Positions 1 through 15,000 of a stretch of 64,000 nt of DNA are shown one piece after another. The stretch lies in assembly GCA_964016885.1 (NCBI GenBank), contig OZ024741.1, forward strand, positions 72,354,001 through 72,418,000, given 5' to 3'. Positions within the stretch are counted from its first letter, which is position 1. Each line of letters begins with the position of its first letter. This DNA comes from Eledone cirrhosa (taxonomy: Eukaryota). Below the pieces are notes generated by a model. It had not been told where the DNA came from. It saw only the letters and a list, made by a program, of their open reading frames with translations, and searched no databases. Made by a program: the position numbers and the translations under genes.

Positions 1-3000
1 CTGATGACAGTGGTGATGATGGTGGTGGTGGTGCTGATGACAGTGGTGATGATGGTGGTGATGGTGTTGATGACAGTGATGATGATGGTGGTGGTGGTGG
101 TGGTGTTGATGACAGTGGTGATGATGATGGTGGTGGTGCTGATGACAGTGGTGATGATGGTGGTGTTGATGACAGTGGTGATGATGGTGGTGGTGGTGTT
201 GATGACAGTGGTGATGATGGTGGTGGTGGTGTTGATGACAGTGGTGATGATGGTGGTGGTGGTGCTGATGACAGTGGTGATGATGGTGGTGGTGGTGCTG
301 ATGACAGTGGTGATGATGGTGGTGGTGGTGTTGATGACAGTGGTGATGATGGTGGTGGTGGTGTTGATGACAGTGGTGATGATGGTGCTGATGGTTTTGA
401 TGACAGTGGTGATGATGGTGGTGGTGGTGCTGATGACAGTGGTGATGATGGTGGTGGTGGTGTTGATGACAGTGGTGATGATGGTGCTGATGGTTTTGAT
501 GACAGTGGTGATGATGGTGGTGGTGGTGTTGATGACAGTGGTGATGATGGTGGTGGTGGTGTTGATGACAGTGGTGATGATTGTGGTGGTGGTGCTGATG
601 ACAGTGGTGATGATGGTGCTGATGGTGCTGATGGTGTTGATGACAGTTGTGATGATGGTGGTGGTGGTGTTGATGACAGTGGTGATGATGGTGGTGGTGG
701 TGTTGATGACAGTGGTGATGATGGTGGTGGTGGTGCTGATGACAGTGGTGATGATGGTGCTGATGGTGTTGATGACAGTGGTGATGATGGTGGTGGTGGT
801 GTTGATGACAGGGTGATGATGGTGGTGGTGGTGTTGATGACAGTGGTGATGATGGTGGTGGTGGTGTTGATGACAGTGGCGATGATGGTGGTGGTGGTGG
901 TGGTGTTGATGACAGTGGTGATGATGTTGGTGGTGGTGTTGATGACAGTGGTGATGATGGTGGTGGTGGTGGTGGTGTTGATGACAGTGGCGATAATGGT
1001 GGTGGTGGTGGTGGTGTTGATGACAGTTGTTGATGATGGTGGTGGTGGTGTTGATGACAGTGGTGATGATGGTGGTGGTGGTGTTGATGACAGTGGTGAT
1101 GATGGTGGTGGTGGTGCTGATGACAGTGGTGATGATAGTGGTAGTGGTGCTGATGACAGTGGTGATGATGGTGGTGGTGGTAGTGGTGTTGATGACAGTT
1201 GTGATGATGGTGGTGGTGGTGTTGATGACAGTGGTGATGATGGTGGTGGTGGTGTTGATGACAGTGGTGATGATGGTGGTGGTGGTGCTGATGACAGTGG
1301 TGATGATGGTGGTGGTGGTGCTGATGACAGTGGTGATGATGGTGGTGGTGGTGTTGATGACAGTGGTGATGATGGTGGTGGTGGTGGTGGTGCTGATGAC
1401 AGTGGTGATGATGGTGGTGGTGGTGTTGATGACAGTGGTGATGATGGTGGTGGTGGTATTGATGACAGTGGTGATGATGGTGGTGGTGGTGCTGATGAAA
1501 GTGGTGATGATGGTGGTGGTGGTGTTGATGACAGTGGTGATGATGGTGGTGGTGGTGGTGGTGTTGATGACAGTGGCGATGATGGTGGTGGTGGTGGTGC
1601 TGATGACAGTGGTGATGATGGTGGTGGTGGTGGTGGTGCTGATGACAGTGGTGATGATGGTGGTGGTGGTGTTGATGACAGTGGTGATGATGGTGGTGGT
1701 GGTGTTGATGACAGTGGTGATGATGGTGGTGGTGGTGTTGATGACAGTGGCGATGATGGTGGTGGTGGTGGTGGTGCTGATGACAGTGGTGATGATGGTG
1801 GTGGTGGTGTTGATGACAGTGGTGATGATGGTGGTGGTGGTGCTGATGACAGTGGTGATGATGGTGGTGGTGGTGCTGATGACAGTGGTGATGATGGTGG
1901 TGGTGGTGTTGATGACAGTGGTGATGATGGTGGTGGTGGTGTTGATGACAGTGGTGATGATGGTGGTGGTGGTGTTGATGACAGTGGTGATGATGGTGGT
2001 GGTGGTGTTGATGACAGTGGTGATGATGGTGGTGGTGGTGTTGATGACAGTGGTGATGATGGTGGTGGTGGTGGTGGTGTTGATGACAGTGGTGATGATG
2101 GTGGTGGTGGTGTTGATGACAGTGGTGATGATGGTGGTGGTGGTGGTGTTGATGACAGTGGTGATGATGGTGATGGTGGTGGTGGTGTTGATGGCAGTGG
2201 TGGTGTTGATGACAGTGGTGATGATGGTGGTGGTGGTGGTGGTGTTGATGGCAGTGGTGGTGTTGATGACAGTGGTGATGATGGTGGTGGTGGTGGTGGT
2301 GTTGATGACAGTGGTGGTGTTGATGACAGTGGTGATGATGGTGGTGGTGGTGGTGGTGTTGATGACAGTGGTGATGATGGTGGTGGTGGTGTTGATGACA
2401 GTGGTGATGATGGTGGTGGTGGTGGTGATGACAGTGGTGATGATGGTGGTGGTGGTGCTGATGACAGTTGTGATGATGGTGGTGGTGGTGCTGATGACAG
2501 TGATTATGATGGTGGTGGTGGTGTTGATGACAGTGGTGATGATGGTGGTGGTGGTGTTGATGACAGTGGTGATGGTGGTGGTGGTGGTGTTGATGACAGT
2601 GGTGATGATGGTGGTGGTGGTGCTGATGACAGTGGTGATGATGGTGGTGATTGTGCTGATGAGAGTGGAGATGATGGTGGTGGTGTTGATGACAGTGGTG
2701 ATGATGGTGGTGGTGGTGTTGATGACAGTGGTGAAGGTGGTGGTGGTGGTGCTGATGACAGTGGTGATGATGGTGGTGGTGGTGGTGGTGTTGATGACAG
2801 TGGTGATGATGGTGGTGGTGGTGGTGGTGTTGATGAGAGTGGTGATGATGGTGGTGCTGGTGTTGATGACAGTGGTGATGATGATGGTGGTGGTGCTGAT
2901 GACAGTGGTGATGATGGTGGTGGTGGTGTTGATGACAGTGGTTATTATGGTGGTGGTGGTGTTGATGACAGTGGTGATGATGGTGGTGGTGGTGTTGATG

Positions 3001-6000
3001 ACAGTGGTGATGGTGGTGGTGGTGGTGTTGATGACAGTGGTGATGATGGTGGTGGTGGTGCTGATGACAGTGGTGATGATGGTGGTGGTGGTGTTGATGA
3101 CAGTGGTGATGATGGTGGTGGTGGTGCTGATGGCAGTGGTGATGATGGTGGTGATTGTGCTGATGACAGTGGTGATGATGGTGGTGCTGGTGTTGATGAC
3201 AGTGGTGATGATGATGGTGGTGGTGCTGATGACAGTGGTGATGATGGTGGTGGTGGTGTTGATGACAGTGGTGATGATGGTGGTGGTGGTGGTGGTGCTG
3301 ATGACAGTGGTGATGATGGTGGTGGTGGTGTTGATGACAGTTGTGATGATGGTGGTGGTGGTGTTGATGACAGTGGTGATGATGGTGGTGGTGGAGGTGC
3401 TGATGACAGTGGTGATGATGGTGCTGACGTTGTTGATGACAGTGGTGATGATGGTGGTGGTGGTGCTGATGACAGTGGTGATGATGGTGGTGGTGGTGGT
3501 GGTGTTGATGACAGTGGTGGTGTTGATGACAGTGGTGATGATGGTGGTGGTGGTGGTGGTGTTGATGACAGTGGTGGTGTTGATGATAGTGGTGATGATG
3601 ATGGTGGTGGTGCTGATGACAGTGGTGATGATGGTGGTGGTGGTGCTGATGACAGTGGTGATGATGGTGGTGGTGGTGGTGGTGTTGATGACAGTGGTGA
3701 TGATGGTGGTGGTGGTGTTGATGACAGTGGTGATGATGGTGGTGGTGGTGTTGATGACAGTGGTGATGATGGTGGTGGTGGTGTTGATGACAGTGGTGAT
3801 GATGGTGCTGATGGTTTTGATGACAGTGGTGATGATGGTGGTGGTGGTGCTGATGACAGTGGTGATGATGGTGGTGGTGGTGCTGATGACAGTGGTGATG
3901 ATGGTGGTGGTGGTGTTGATGACAGTGGTGATGATGGTGGTGGTGGTGTTGATGACAGTGGTGATGATGGTGGTGGTGGTGTTGATGACAGTGGTGATGA
4001 TGGTGGTGGTGGTGCTGATGACAGTGGTGATGATGGTGCTGATGGTGTTGATGACAGTGGTGATGATGGTGGTGGTGGTGTTGATGACAGTGGTGATGAT
4101 GGTGGTGGTGGTGTTGATGACTGTGGTGATGATGGTGGTGGTGGTGGTGGTGTTGATGACAGTTGTGATGATGTTGGTGGTGGTGTTGATGACAGTGGTG
4201 ATGATGGTGGTGGTGGTGTTGATGACAGTGGTGATGATGGTGGTGGTGGTGGTGGTGTTGATGACAGTGGCGATGATGGTGGTGGTGGTGGTGGTGTTGA
4301 TGACAGTTGTTGATGATGGTGGTGGTGGTGTTGATGACAGTGGTGATGATGGTGCTGGTGGTGTTGATGACAGTGGTGATGATGGTGGTGGTGGTGCTGA
4401 TGACAGTGGTGATGATAGTGGTAGTGGTGCTGATGACAGTGGTGATGATGGTGGTGGTGGTGGTGGTGTTGATGACAGTTGTGATGATGGTGGTGGTGGT
4501 GTTGATGACAGTGGTGATGATGGTGGTGGTGGTGTTGATGACAGTGGTGATGATGGTGGTGGTGGTGCTGATGACAGTGGTGATGATGGTGGTGGTGGTG
4601 CTGATGACAGTGGTGATGATGGTGGTGGTGGTGTTGATGACAGTGGTGATGATGGTGGTGGTGGTGGTGGTGCTGATGACAGTGGTGATGATGGTGGTGG
4701 TGGTGTTGATGACAGTGGTGATGATGGTGGTGGTGGTGCTGATGGTAGTGGTGATGATGGTGGTGGTGGTGCTGATGAAAGTGGTGATGATGGTGGTGGT
4801 GGTGTTGATGACAGTGGTGATGATGGTGGTGGTGGTGTTGATGACAGTGGTGATGATGGTGGTGGTGGTGGTGGTGTTGATGACAGTGGCGATGATGGTG
4901 GTGGTGGTGGTGGTGCTGATGACAGTGGTGATGATGGTGGTGGTGGTGTTGATGACAGTGGTGATGATGGTGGTGGTGGTGTTGATGACAGTGGTGATGA
5001 TGGTGGTGGTGGTGTTGATGACAGTGGCGATGATGGTGGTGGTGGTGGTGGTGCTGATGACAGTGGTGATGATGGTGGTGGTGGTGTTGATGACAGTGGT
5101 GATGATGGTGGTGGTGGTGCTGATGACAGTGGTGATGGTGGTGGTGGTGGTGCTGATGACAGTGGTGATGATGGTGGTGGTGGTGTTGATGACAGTGGTG
5201 ATGATGGTGGTGGTGGTGTTGATGACAGTGGTGATGATGGTGGTGGTGGTGTTGATGACAGTGGTGATGATGGTGGTGGTGGTGTTGATGACAGTGGTGA
5301 TGATGGTGGTGGTGGTGTTGATGACAGTGGTGATGATGGTGGTGGTGGTGGTGGTGTTGATGACAGTGGTGATGATGGTGGTGGTGGTGTTGATGACAGT
5401 GGTGATGATGGTGGTGGTGGTGTTGATGACAGTGGTGATGCTGGTGATGGTGGTGTTGATGACAGTGGTGATGATGGTGGTGGTGGTGTTGATGACAGTG
5501 GTGATGATGGTGGTGGTGGTGGTGGTGTTGATGACAGTGGTGATGATGGTGGTGGTGGTGTTGATGACAGTGGTGATGATGGTGGTGGTGGTGGTGTTGA
5601 TGACAGTGGTGATGATGGTGATGGTGGTGGTGGTGTTGATGACAGTGGTGATGATGGTGGTGTTGATGACAGTGGTGATGATGGTGGTGGTGGTGGTGAT
5701 GACAGTGGTGATGATGGTGGTGGTGGTGCTGATGACAGTGGTGATGATGGTGGTGGTGGTGGTGGTGTTGATGACAGTGGTGGTGTTGATGACAGTGGTG
5801 ATGATGGTGGTGGTGGTGGTGGTGTTGATGACAGTGGTGGTGTTGATGACAGTGGTGATGATGGTGGTGGTGGTGGTGGTGTTGATGACAGTGGTGATGA
5901 TGGTGGTGGTGGTGTTGATGACAGTGGTGATGATGGTGGTGGTGGTGGTGATGACAGTGGTGATGATGGTGGTGGTGGTGCTGATGACAGTTGTGATGAT

Positions 6001-9000
6001 GGTGGTGGTGGTGCTGATGACAGTGATTATGATGGTGGTGGTGGTGTTGATGACAGTGGTGATGATGGTGGTGGTGGTGTTGATGACAGTGGTGATGGTG
6101 GTGGTGGTGGTGTTGATGCTAGTGGTGATGATGGTGGTGGTGGTGCTGATGACAGTGGTGATGATGGTGGTGATTGTGCTGATGACAGTGGAGATGATGG
6201 TGGTGGTGTTGATGACAGTGGTGATGATGGTGGTGGTGGTGTTGATGACAGTGGTGATGGTGGTGGTGGTGGTGCTGATGACAGTGGTGATGATGGTGGT
6301 GGTGGTGGTGGTGTTGATGACAGTGGTGATGATGGTGGTGGTGGTGTTGATGACAGTGGTGATGATGGTGGTGGTGGTGCTGATGACAGTGGTGATGATG
6401 GTGGTGGTGGTGGTGGTGTTGATGAGAGTGGTGATGATGGTGGTGCTGGTGTTGATGACAGTGGTGATGATGATGGTGGTGGTGCTGATGACAGTGGTGA
6501 TGATGGTGGTGGTGGTGTTGATGACAGTGGTTATTATGGTGGTGGTGGTGTTGATGAGAGTGGTGATGATGATGGTGGTGGTGTTGATGACAGTGGTGAT
6601 GGTGGTGGTGGTGGTGTTGATGACAGTGGTGATGATGGTGGTGGTGGTGCTGATGACAGTGGTGATGATGGTGGTGGTGGTGTTGATGACAGTGGTGATG
6701 ATGGTGGTGGTGGTGCTGATGGCAGTGGTGATGATGGTGGTGATTGTGCTGATGACAGTGGTGATGATGGTGGTGCTGGTGTTGATGACAGTGGTGATGA
6801 TGATGGTGGTGGTGTTGATGACAGTGGTGATGATGGTGGTGATGGTGTTGATGACAGTGGTGATGATGGTGGTGGTGGAGGTGCTGATGACAGTGGTGAT
6901 GATGGTGCTGACGTTGTTGATGACAGTGGTGATGATGGTGGTGGTGGTGTTGGTGGTGTTGATGACAGTGGTGGTGTTGATGACAGTGGTGATGATGGTG
7001 GTGGTGGTGGTGGTGTTGATGACAGTGGTGGTGTTGATGATAGTGGTGATGATGATGGTGGTGGTGCTGATGACAGTGGTGATGATGGTGGTGGTGGTGT
7101 TGATGACAGTGGTGATGATGGTGGTGGTGGTGTTGATGACAGTGGTGATGATGGTGATGATGGTGGTGGTGGTGGTGTTGATGACAGTGGTGATGATGGT
7201 GGTGGTGGTGTTGATGACAGTGGTGATGATGGTGCTGATGGTTTTGATGACAGTGGTGATGATGGTGGTGGTGGTGCTGATGACAGTGGTGATGATGGTG
7301 GTGGTGGTGCTGATGACAGTGGTGATGATGGTGGTGGTGGTGTTGATGACAGTGGTGATGATGGTGGTGGTGGTGTTGATGACAGTGGTGATGATTGTGG
7401 TGGTGGTGCTGATGACAGTGGTGATGATGGTGCTGATGGTGCTGATGGTGTTGATGACAGTTGTGATGATGGTGGTGGTGGTGTTGATGACAGTGGTGAT
7501 GATGGTGGTGGTGGTGCTGATGACAGTGGTGATGATGGTGCTGATGGTGTTGATGACAGTGGTGATGATGGTGGTGGTGGTGTTGATGACAGTGGTGATG
7601 ATGTTGGTGGTGGTGTTGATGACAGTGGTGATGATGGTGGTGGTGGTGTTGATGACAGTGGTGATGATGGTGGTGGTGGTGGTGGTGTTGATGACAGTGG
7701 CGATGATGGTGGTGGTGGTGGTGGTGTTGATGACAGTTGTTGATGATGGTGGTGGTGGTGTTGATGACAGTGGTGATGATGGTGGTGGTGGTGTTGATGA
7801 CAGTGGTGATGATGGTGGTGGTGGTGCTGATGACAGTGGTGATGATAGTGGTAGTGGTGCTGATGACAGTGGTGATGATGGTGGTGGTGGTGGTGGTGTT
7901 GATGACAGTTGTGATGATGGTGGTGGTGGTGTTGATGACAGTGGTGATGATGGTGGTGGTGGTGTTGATGACATGGTGATGATGGTGGTGGTGGTGCTGA
8001 TGACAGTGGTGATGATGGTGGTGGTGGTGCTGATGACAGTGGTGATGATGGTGGTGGTGATGTTGATGACAGTGGTGATGATGGTGGTGGTGGTGGTGGT
8101 GCTGATGACAGTGGTGATGATGGTGGTGGTGGTGTTGATGACAGTGGTGATGATGGTGGTGGTGGTGTAGATGACAGTGGTGATGATGGTGGTGGTGGTG
8201 CTGATGAAAGTGGTGATGATGGTGGTGGTGGTGTTGATGACAGTGGTGATGATGGTGGTGGTGGTGGTGGTGTTGATGACAGTGGCGATGATGGTGGTGG
8301 TGGTGGTGGTGCTGATGACAGTGGTGATGATGGTGTTGGTGGTGGTGGTGCTGATGACAGTGGTGATGATGGTGGTGGTGGTGTTGATGACAGTGGTGAT
8401 GATGGTGGTGGTGGTGGTGGTGTTGATGACAGTGGTGATGATGGTGGTGGTGGTGTTGATGACAGTGGCGATGATGGTGGTGGTGGTGGTGGTGCTGATG
8501 ACAGTGGTGATGATGGTGGTGGTGGTGTTGATGACAGTGGTGATGATGGTGGTGGTGGTGCTGATGACAGTGGTGATGATGGTGGTGGTGGTGCTGATGA
8601 CAGTGGTGATGATGGTGGTGGTGGTGTTGATGACAGTGGTGATGATGGTGGTGGTGGTGTTGATGACAGTGGTGATGATGGTGGTGGTGGTGTTGATGAC
8701 AGTGGTGATGATGGTGGTGGTGGTGTTGATGACAGTGGTGATGATGGTGGTGGTGGTGTTGATGACAGTGGTGATGATGGTGGTGGTGGTGGTGGTGTTG
8801 ATGACAGTGGTGATGATGGTGGTGGTGGTGTTGATGACAGTGGTGATGATGGTGGTGGTGTTGATGACAGTGGTGATGATGGTGATGGTGGTGTTGATGA
8901 CAGTGGTGATGATGGTGGTGGTGGTGTTGATGACAGTGGTGATGATGGTGGTGGTGGTGGTGGTGTTGATGACAGTGGTGATGATGGTGGTGGTGGTGTT

Positions 9001-12000
9001 GATGACAGTGGTGATGATGGTGGTGGTGGTGGTGTTGATGACAGTGGTGATGATGGTGGTGGTGTTGATGACAGTGGTGATGATGGTGGTGGTGTTGATG
9101 ACAGTGGTGATGATGGTGATGGTGGTGTTGATGACAGTGGTGATGATGGTGGTGGTGGTGTTGATGACAGTGGTGATGATGGTGGTGGTGGTGTTGATGA
9201 CAGTGGTGATGATGGTGGTGGTGGTGGTGGTGTTGATGACAGGGGTGATGATGGTGGTGGTGGTGTTGATGACAGTGGTGATGATGGTGGTGGTGTTGAT
9301 GACAGTGGTGATGATGGTGATGGTGGTGTTGATGACAGTGGTGATGATGGTGGTGGTGGTGGTGATGACAGTGGTGATGATGGTGGTGGTGCTGGTGGTG
9401 TTGATGACAGTGGTGATGATGGTGGTGGTGGTGTTGATGACAGTGGTGATGATGGTGGTGGTGGTGGTGTTGATGACAGTGGTGATGATGGTGATGGTGG
9501 TGGTGGTGTTGATGACAGTGGTGATGATGGTGGTGTTGATGACAGTGGTGATGATGGTGGTGGTGGTGCTGATGACAGTGGTGATGATGGTGGTGGTGGT
9601 GGTGGTGTTGATGACAGTGGTGGTGTTGATGACAGTGGTGATGATGGTGGTGGTGGTGGTGGTGTTGATGACAGTGGTGGTGTTGATGACAGTGGTGATG
9701 ATGGTGGTGGTGGTGGTGGTGTTGATGACAGTGGTGATGATGGTGGTGGTGGTGTTGATGACAGTGGTGATGATGGTGGTGGTGGTGGTGATGACAGTGG
9801 TGATGATGGTGGTGGTGGTGCTGATGACAGTGGTGATGATGGTGGTGGTGGTGGTGGTGTTGATGAGAGTGGTGATGATGGTGGTGCTGGTGTTGATGAC
9901 AGTGGTGATGATGATGGTGGTGGTGCTGATGACAGTGGTGATGATGGTGGTGGTGGTGTTGATGACAGTGGTTATTATGGTGGTGGTGGTGTTGATGACA
10001 GTGGTGATGATGGTGGTGGTGGTGGTGGTGTTGATGACAGTGGTGATGATGGTGGTGGTGGTGTTGATGACAGTGGTGATGGTGGTGGTGGTGGTGTTGA
10101 TGACAGTGGTGATGATGGTGGTGGTGGTGTTGATGACAGTGGTGATGATGGTGGTGGTGGTGTTGATGACAGTGGTGATGATGGTGGTGGTGGTGCTGAT
10201 GACAGTGGTGATGATGGTGCTGATGGTGTTGATGACAGTGGTGATGATGGTGGTGGTGGTGTTGATGACAGTGGTGATGATGGTGGTGGTGATGATGGTG
10301 GTGGTGGTGTTGATGACAGTGGTGATGATGGTGGTGGTGGTGTTGATGACAGTGGTGATGATGGTGGTGGTGGTGGTGGTGTTGATGACAGTGGCGATGA
10401 TGGTGGTGATGGTGGTGGTGTTGATGACAGTGGTGATGATGTTGGTGGTGGTGTTGATGACAGTGGTGATGATGGTGGTGGTGGTGTTGATGACAGTGGT
10501 GATGATGGTGGTGGTGGTGGTGGTGTTGATGACAGTGGCGATGATGGTGGTGGTGGTGGTGGTGTTGATGACAGTTGTGATGATGGTGGTGGTGGTGTTG
10601 ATGACAGTGGTGATGATGGTGGTGGTGGTGTTGATGACAGTGGTGATGATGGTGGTGGTGGTGCTGATGACAGTGGTGATGATGGTGGTAGTGGTGCTGA
10701 TGACAGTGGTGATGATGGTGGTGGTGGTGTTGATGACAGTGGTGATGATGGTGGTGGTGGTGTTGATGACAGTGGTGATGATGGTGGTGGTGGTGCTGAT
10801 GACAGTGGTGATGATGGTGGTGGTGGTGTTGATGACAGTGGTGATGATGGTGGTGGTGGTGGTGGTGTTGATGACAGTGGCGATGATGGTGGTGGTGGTG
10901 GTGGTGCTGATGACAGTGGTGATGATGGTGGTGGTGGTGGTGGTGCTGATGACAGTGGTGATGATGGTGGTGGTGGTGTTGATGTCAGTGGTGATGATGG
11001 TGGTGGTGGTGTTGATGACAGTGGTGATGATGGTGGTGGTGGTGTTGATGACAGTGGCGATGATGGTGGTGGTGGTGGTGGTGCTGATGACAGTGGTGAT
11101 GATGGTGGTGGTGGTGTTGATGACAGTGGTGATGATGGTGGTGGTGGTGCTGATGACAGTTGTGATGATGGTGGTGGTGGTGCTGATGACAGTGGTTATG
11201 ATGGTGGTGGTGGTGTTGATGACAGTGGTGATGATGGTGGTGGTGGTGTTGATGACAGTGGTGATGGTGGTGGTGGTGGTGTTGATGACAGTGGTGATGA
11301 TGGTGGTGGTGGTGCTGATGACAGTGGTGATGATGGTGGTGATTGTGCTGATGACAGTGGAGATGATGGTGGTGGTGGTGTTGATGACAGTGGTGATGAT
11401 GGTGGTGGTGGTGTTGATGACAGTGGTGATGGTGGTGGTGGTGGTGCTGATGACAGTGGTGATGATGGTGGTGGTGGTGGTGGTGTTGATGACAGTGGTG
11501 ATGATGGTGGTGGTGGTGTTGATGACAGTGGTGATGATGGTGGTGGTGGTGCTGATGACAGTGGTGATGATGGTGGTGGTGGTGGTGGTGTTGATGACAG
11601 TGGTGATGATGGTGGTGGTGGTGTTGATGACAGTGGTGATGATGGTGGTGGTGGTGGTGATGACAGTGGTGATGATGGTGGTGGTGGTGCTGATGACAGT
11701 TGTGATGATGGTGGTGGTGGTGGTGGTGCTGATGACAGTGGTTATTATGGTGGTGGTGGTGTTGATGACAGTGGTGATGATGGTGGTGGTGGTGTTGATG
11801 ACAGTGGTGATGGTGGTGGTGGTGGTGTTGATGACAGCGGTGATGATGGTGGTGGTGGTGCTGATGACAGTGGTGATGATGGTGGTGGTGGTGTTTATGA
11901 CAGTGGTGATGATGGTGGTGGTGGTGCTGATGGCAGTGGTGATGATGGTGGTGGTGGTGTTTATGACAGTGGTGATGATGGTGGTGGTGGTGCTGATGAC

Positions 12001-15000
12001 AGTGGTGATGATGGTGGTGATTGTGCTGATGACAGTGGTGATGATGGTGGTGGTGGTGTTGATGACAGTGGTGATGATGGTGGTGATGGTGTTGATGACA
12101 GTGGTGATGATGGTGGTGGTGGTGCTGATGACAGTGGCGATGATGGTGGTGGTGGTGTTGATGACAGTGGTGATGATGGTGGTGGTGGTGCTGATGACAG
12201 TGGTGATGATGGTGGTGGTGGTGCTGATGACAGTGGTGATGATGGTGGTGGTGGTGTTGATGACAGTGGTGATGATGGTGGTGATTGTGCTGATGACAGT
12301 GGTGATGATGGTGGTGGTGGTGCTGATGACAGTGGTGATGATGGTGGTGGTGGTGTTGATGACAGTGGTGATGATGGTGGTGGTGGTGCTGATGACAGTG
12401 GTGATGATGGTGGTGGTGGTGCTGATGACAGTGGTGATGATGGTGGTGGTGGTGCTGATGACAGTGGTGATGATGGTGGTGGTGGTGTTGATGACAGTGG
12501 TGATGATGGTGGTGGTGGTGCTGATGACAGTGGTGATGATGGTGGTGGTGGTGCTGATGACAGTGGTGATGATGGTGGTGGTGGTGTTGATGACAGTGGT
12601 GATGATGGTGGTGGTGGTGCTGATGACAGTGGTGATGATGGTGGTGATTGTGCTGATGACAGTGGTGATGATGGTGGTGGTGGTGCTGATGACAGTGGTG
12701 ATGATGGTGGTGGTGGTGTTGATGACAGTGGTGATGATGGTGGTGGTGGTGCTGATGACAGTGGTGATGATGGTGGTGGTGGTGCTGATGACAGTGGTGA
12801 TGATGATGGTGGTGGTGTTGATGACAGTGGTGATGATGGTGGTGGTGGTGGTGATTGTGCTGATGACAGTGGTGATGGTGGTGGTGATGGTGTTGATGAC
12901 AGTGGTGATGGTGGTGGTGGTGGTGTTGATGACAGTGGTGATGATGGTGGTGGTGGTGTTGATGACAGTGGTGATGGTGGTGGTGGTGGTGTTGATGACA
13001 GTGGTGATGATGGTGGTGGTGGTGATGGTGTTGATGACAGTGGTGATGGTGGTGGTGGTGGTGTTGATGACAGTGGTGATGATGGTGGTGATGGTGTTGA
13101 TGACAGTGGTGATGATGGTGGTGGTGGTGGTGTTGATGACAGTGGTGATGATGGTGATGGTGGTGGTGGTGTTGATGACAGTGGTGATGATGGTGGTGTT
13201 GATGACAGTGGTGATGATGGTGGTGGTGGTGGTGATGACAGTGGTGATGATGGTGGTGGTGGTGCTGATGACAGTGGTGATGATGGTGGTGGTGGTGGTG
13301 GTGTTGATGACAGTGGTGGTGTTGATGACAGTGGTGATGATGGTGGTGGTGGTGGTGGTGTTGATGACAGTGGTGGTGTTGATGACAGTGGTGATGATGG
13401 TGGTGGTGGTGGTGGTGTTGATGACAGTGGTGATGATGGTGGTGGTGGTGTTGATGACAGTGGTGATGATGGTGGTGGTGGTGGTGATGACAGTGGTGAT
13501 GATGGTGGTGGTGGTGCTGATGACAGTTGTGATGATGGTGGTGGTGGTGCTGATGACAGTGATTATGATGGTGGTGGTGGTGTTGATGACAGTGGTGATG
13601 ATGGTGGTGGTGGTGTTGATGACAGTGGTGATGGTGGTGGTGGTGGTGTTGATGCTAGTGGTGATGATGGTGGTGGTGGTGCTGATGACAGTGGTGATGA
13701 TGGTGGTGATTGTGCTGATGACAGTGGAGATGATGGTGGTGGTGTTGATGACAGTGGTGATGATGGTGGTGGTGGTGTTGATGACAGTGGTGATGGTGGT
13801 GGTGGTGGTGCTGATGACAGTGGTGATGATGGTGGTGGTGGTGGTGGTGTTGATGACAGTGGTGATGATGGTGGTGGTGGTGTTGATGACAGTGGTGATG
13901 ATGGTGGTGGTGGTGCTGATGACAGTGGTGATGATGGTGGTGGTGGTGGTGGTGTTGATGAGAGTGGTGATGATGGTGGTGCTGGTGTTGATGACAGTGG
14001 TGATGATGATGGTGGTGGTGCTGATGACAGTGGTGATGATGGTGGTGGTGGTGTTGATGACAGTGGTTATTATGGTGGTGGTGGTGTTGATGAGAGTGGT
14101 GATGATGATGGTGGTGGTGTTGATGACAGTGGTGATGGTGGTGGTGGTGGTGTTGATGACAGTGGTGATGATGGTGGTGGTGGTGCTGATGACAGTGGTG
14201 ATGATGGTGGTGGTGGTGTTGATGACAGTGGTGATGATGGTGGTGGTGGTGCTGATGGCAGTGGTGATGATGGTGGTGATTGTGCTGATGACAGTGGTGA
14301 TGATGGTGGTGCTGGTGTTGATGACAGTGGTGATGATGATGGTGGTGGTGTTGATGACAGTGGTGATGATGGTGGTGATGGTGTTGATGACAGTGGTGAT
14401 GATGGTGGTGGTGGAGGTGCTGATGACAGTGGTGATGATGGTGCTGACGTTGTTGATGACAGTGGTGATGATGGTGGTGGTGGTGTTGGTGGTGTTGATG
14501 ACAGTGGTGGTGTTGATGACAGTGGTGATGATGGTGGTGGTGGTGGTGGTGTTGATGACAGTGGTGGTGTTGATGATAGTGGTGATGATGATGGTGGTGG
14601 TGCTGATGACAGTGGTGATGATGGTGGTGGTGGTGTTGATGACAGTGGTGATGATGGTGGTGGTGGTGTTGATGACAGTGGTGATGATGGTGATGATGGT
14701 GGTGGTGGTGGTGTTGATGACAGTGGTGATGATGGTGGTGGTGGTGTTGATGACAGTGGTGATGATGGTGCTGATGGTTTTGATGACAGTGGTGATGATG
14801 GTGGTGGTGGTGCTGATGACAGTGGTGATGATGGTGGTGGTGGTGCTGATGACAGTGGTGATGATGGTGGTGGTGGTGTTGATGACAGTGGTGATGATGG
14901 TGGTGGTGGTGTTGATGACAGTGGTGATGATTGTGGTGGTGGTGCTGATGACAGTGGTGATGATGGTGCTGATGGTGCTGATGGTGTTGATGACAGTTGT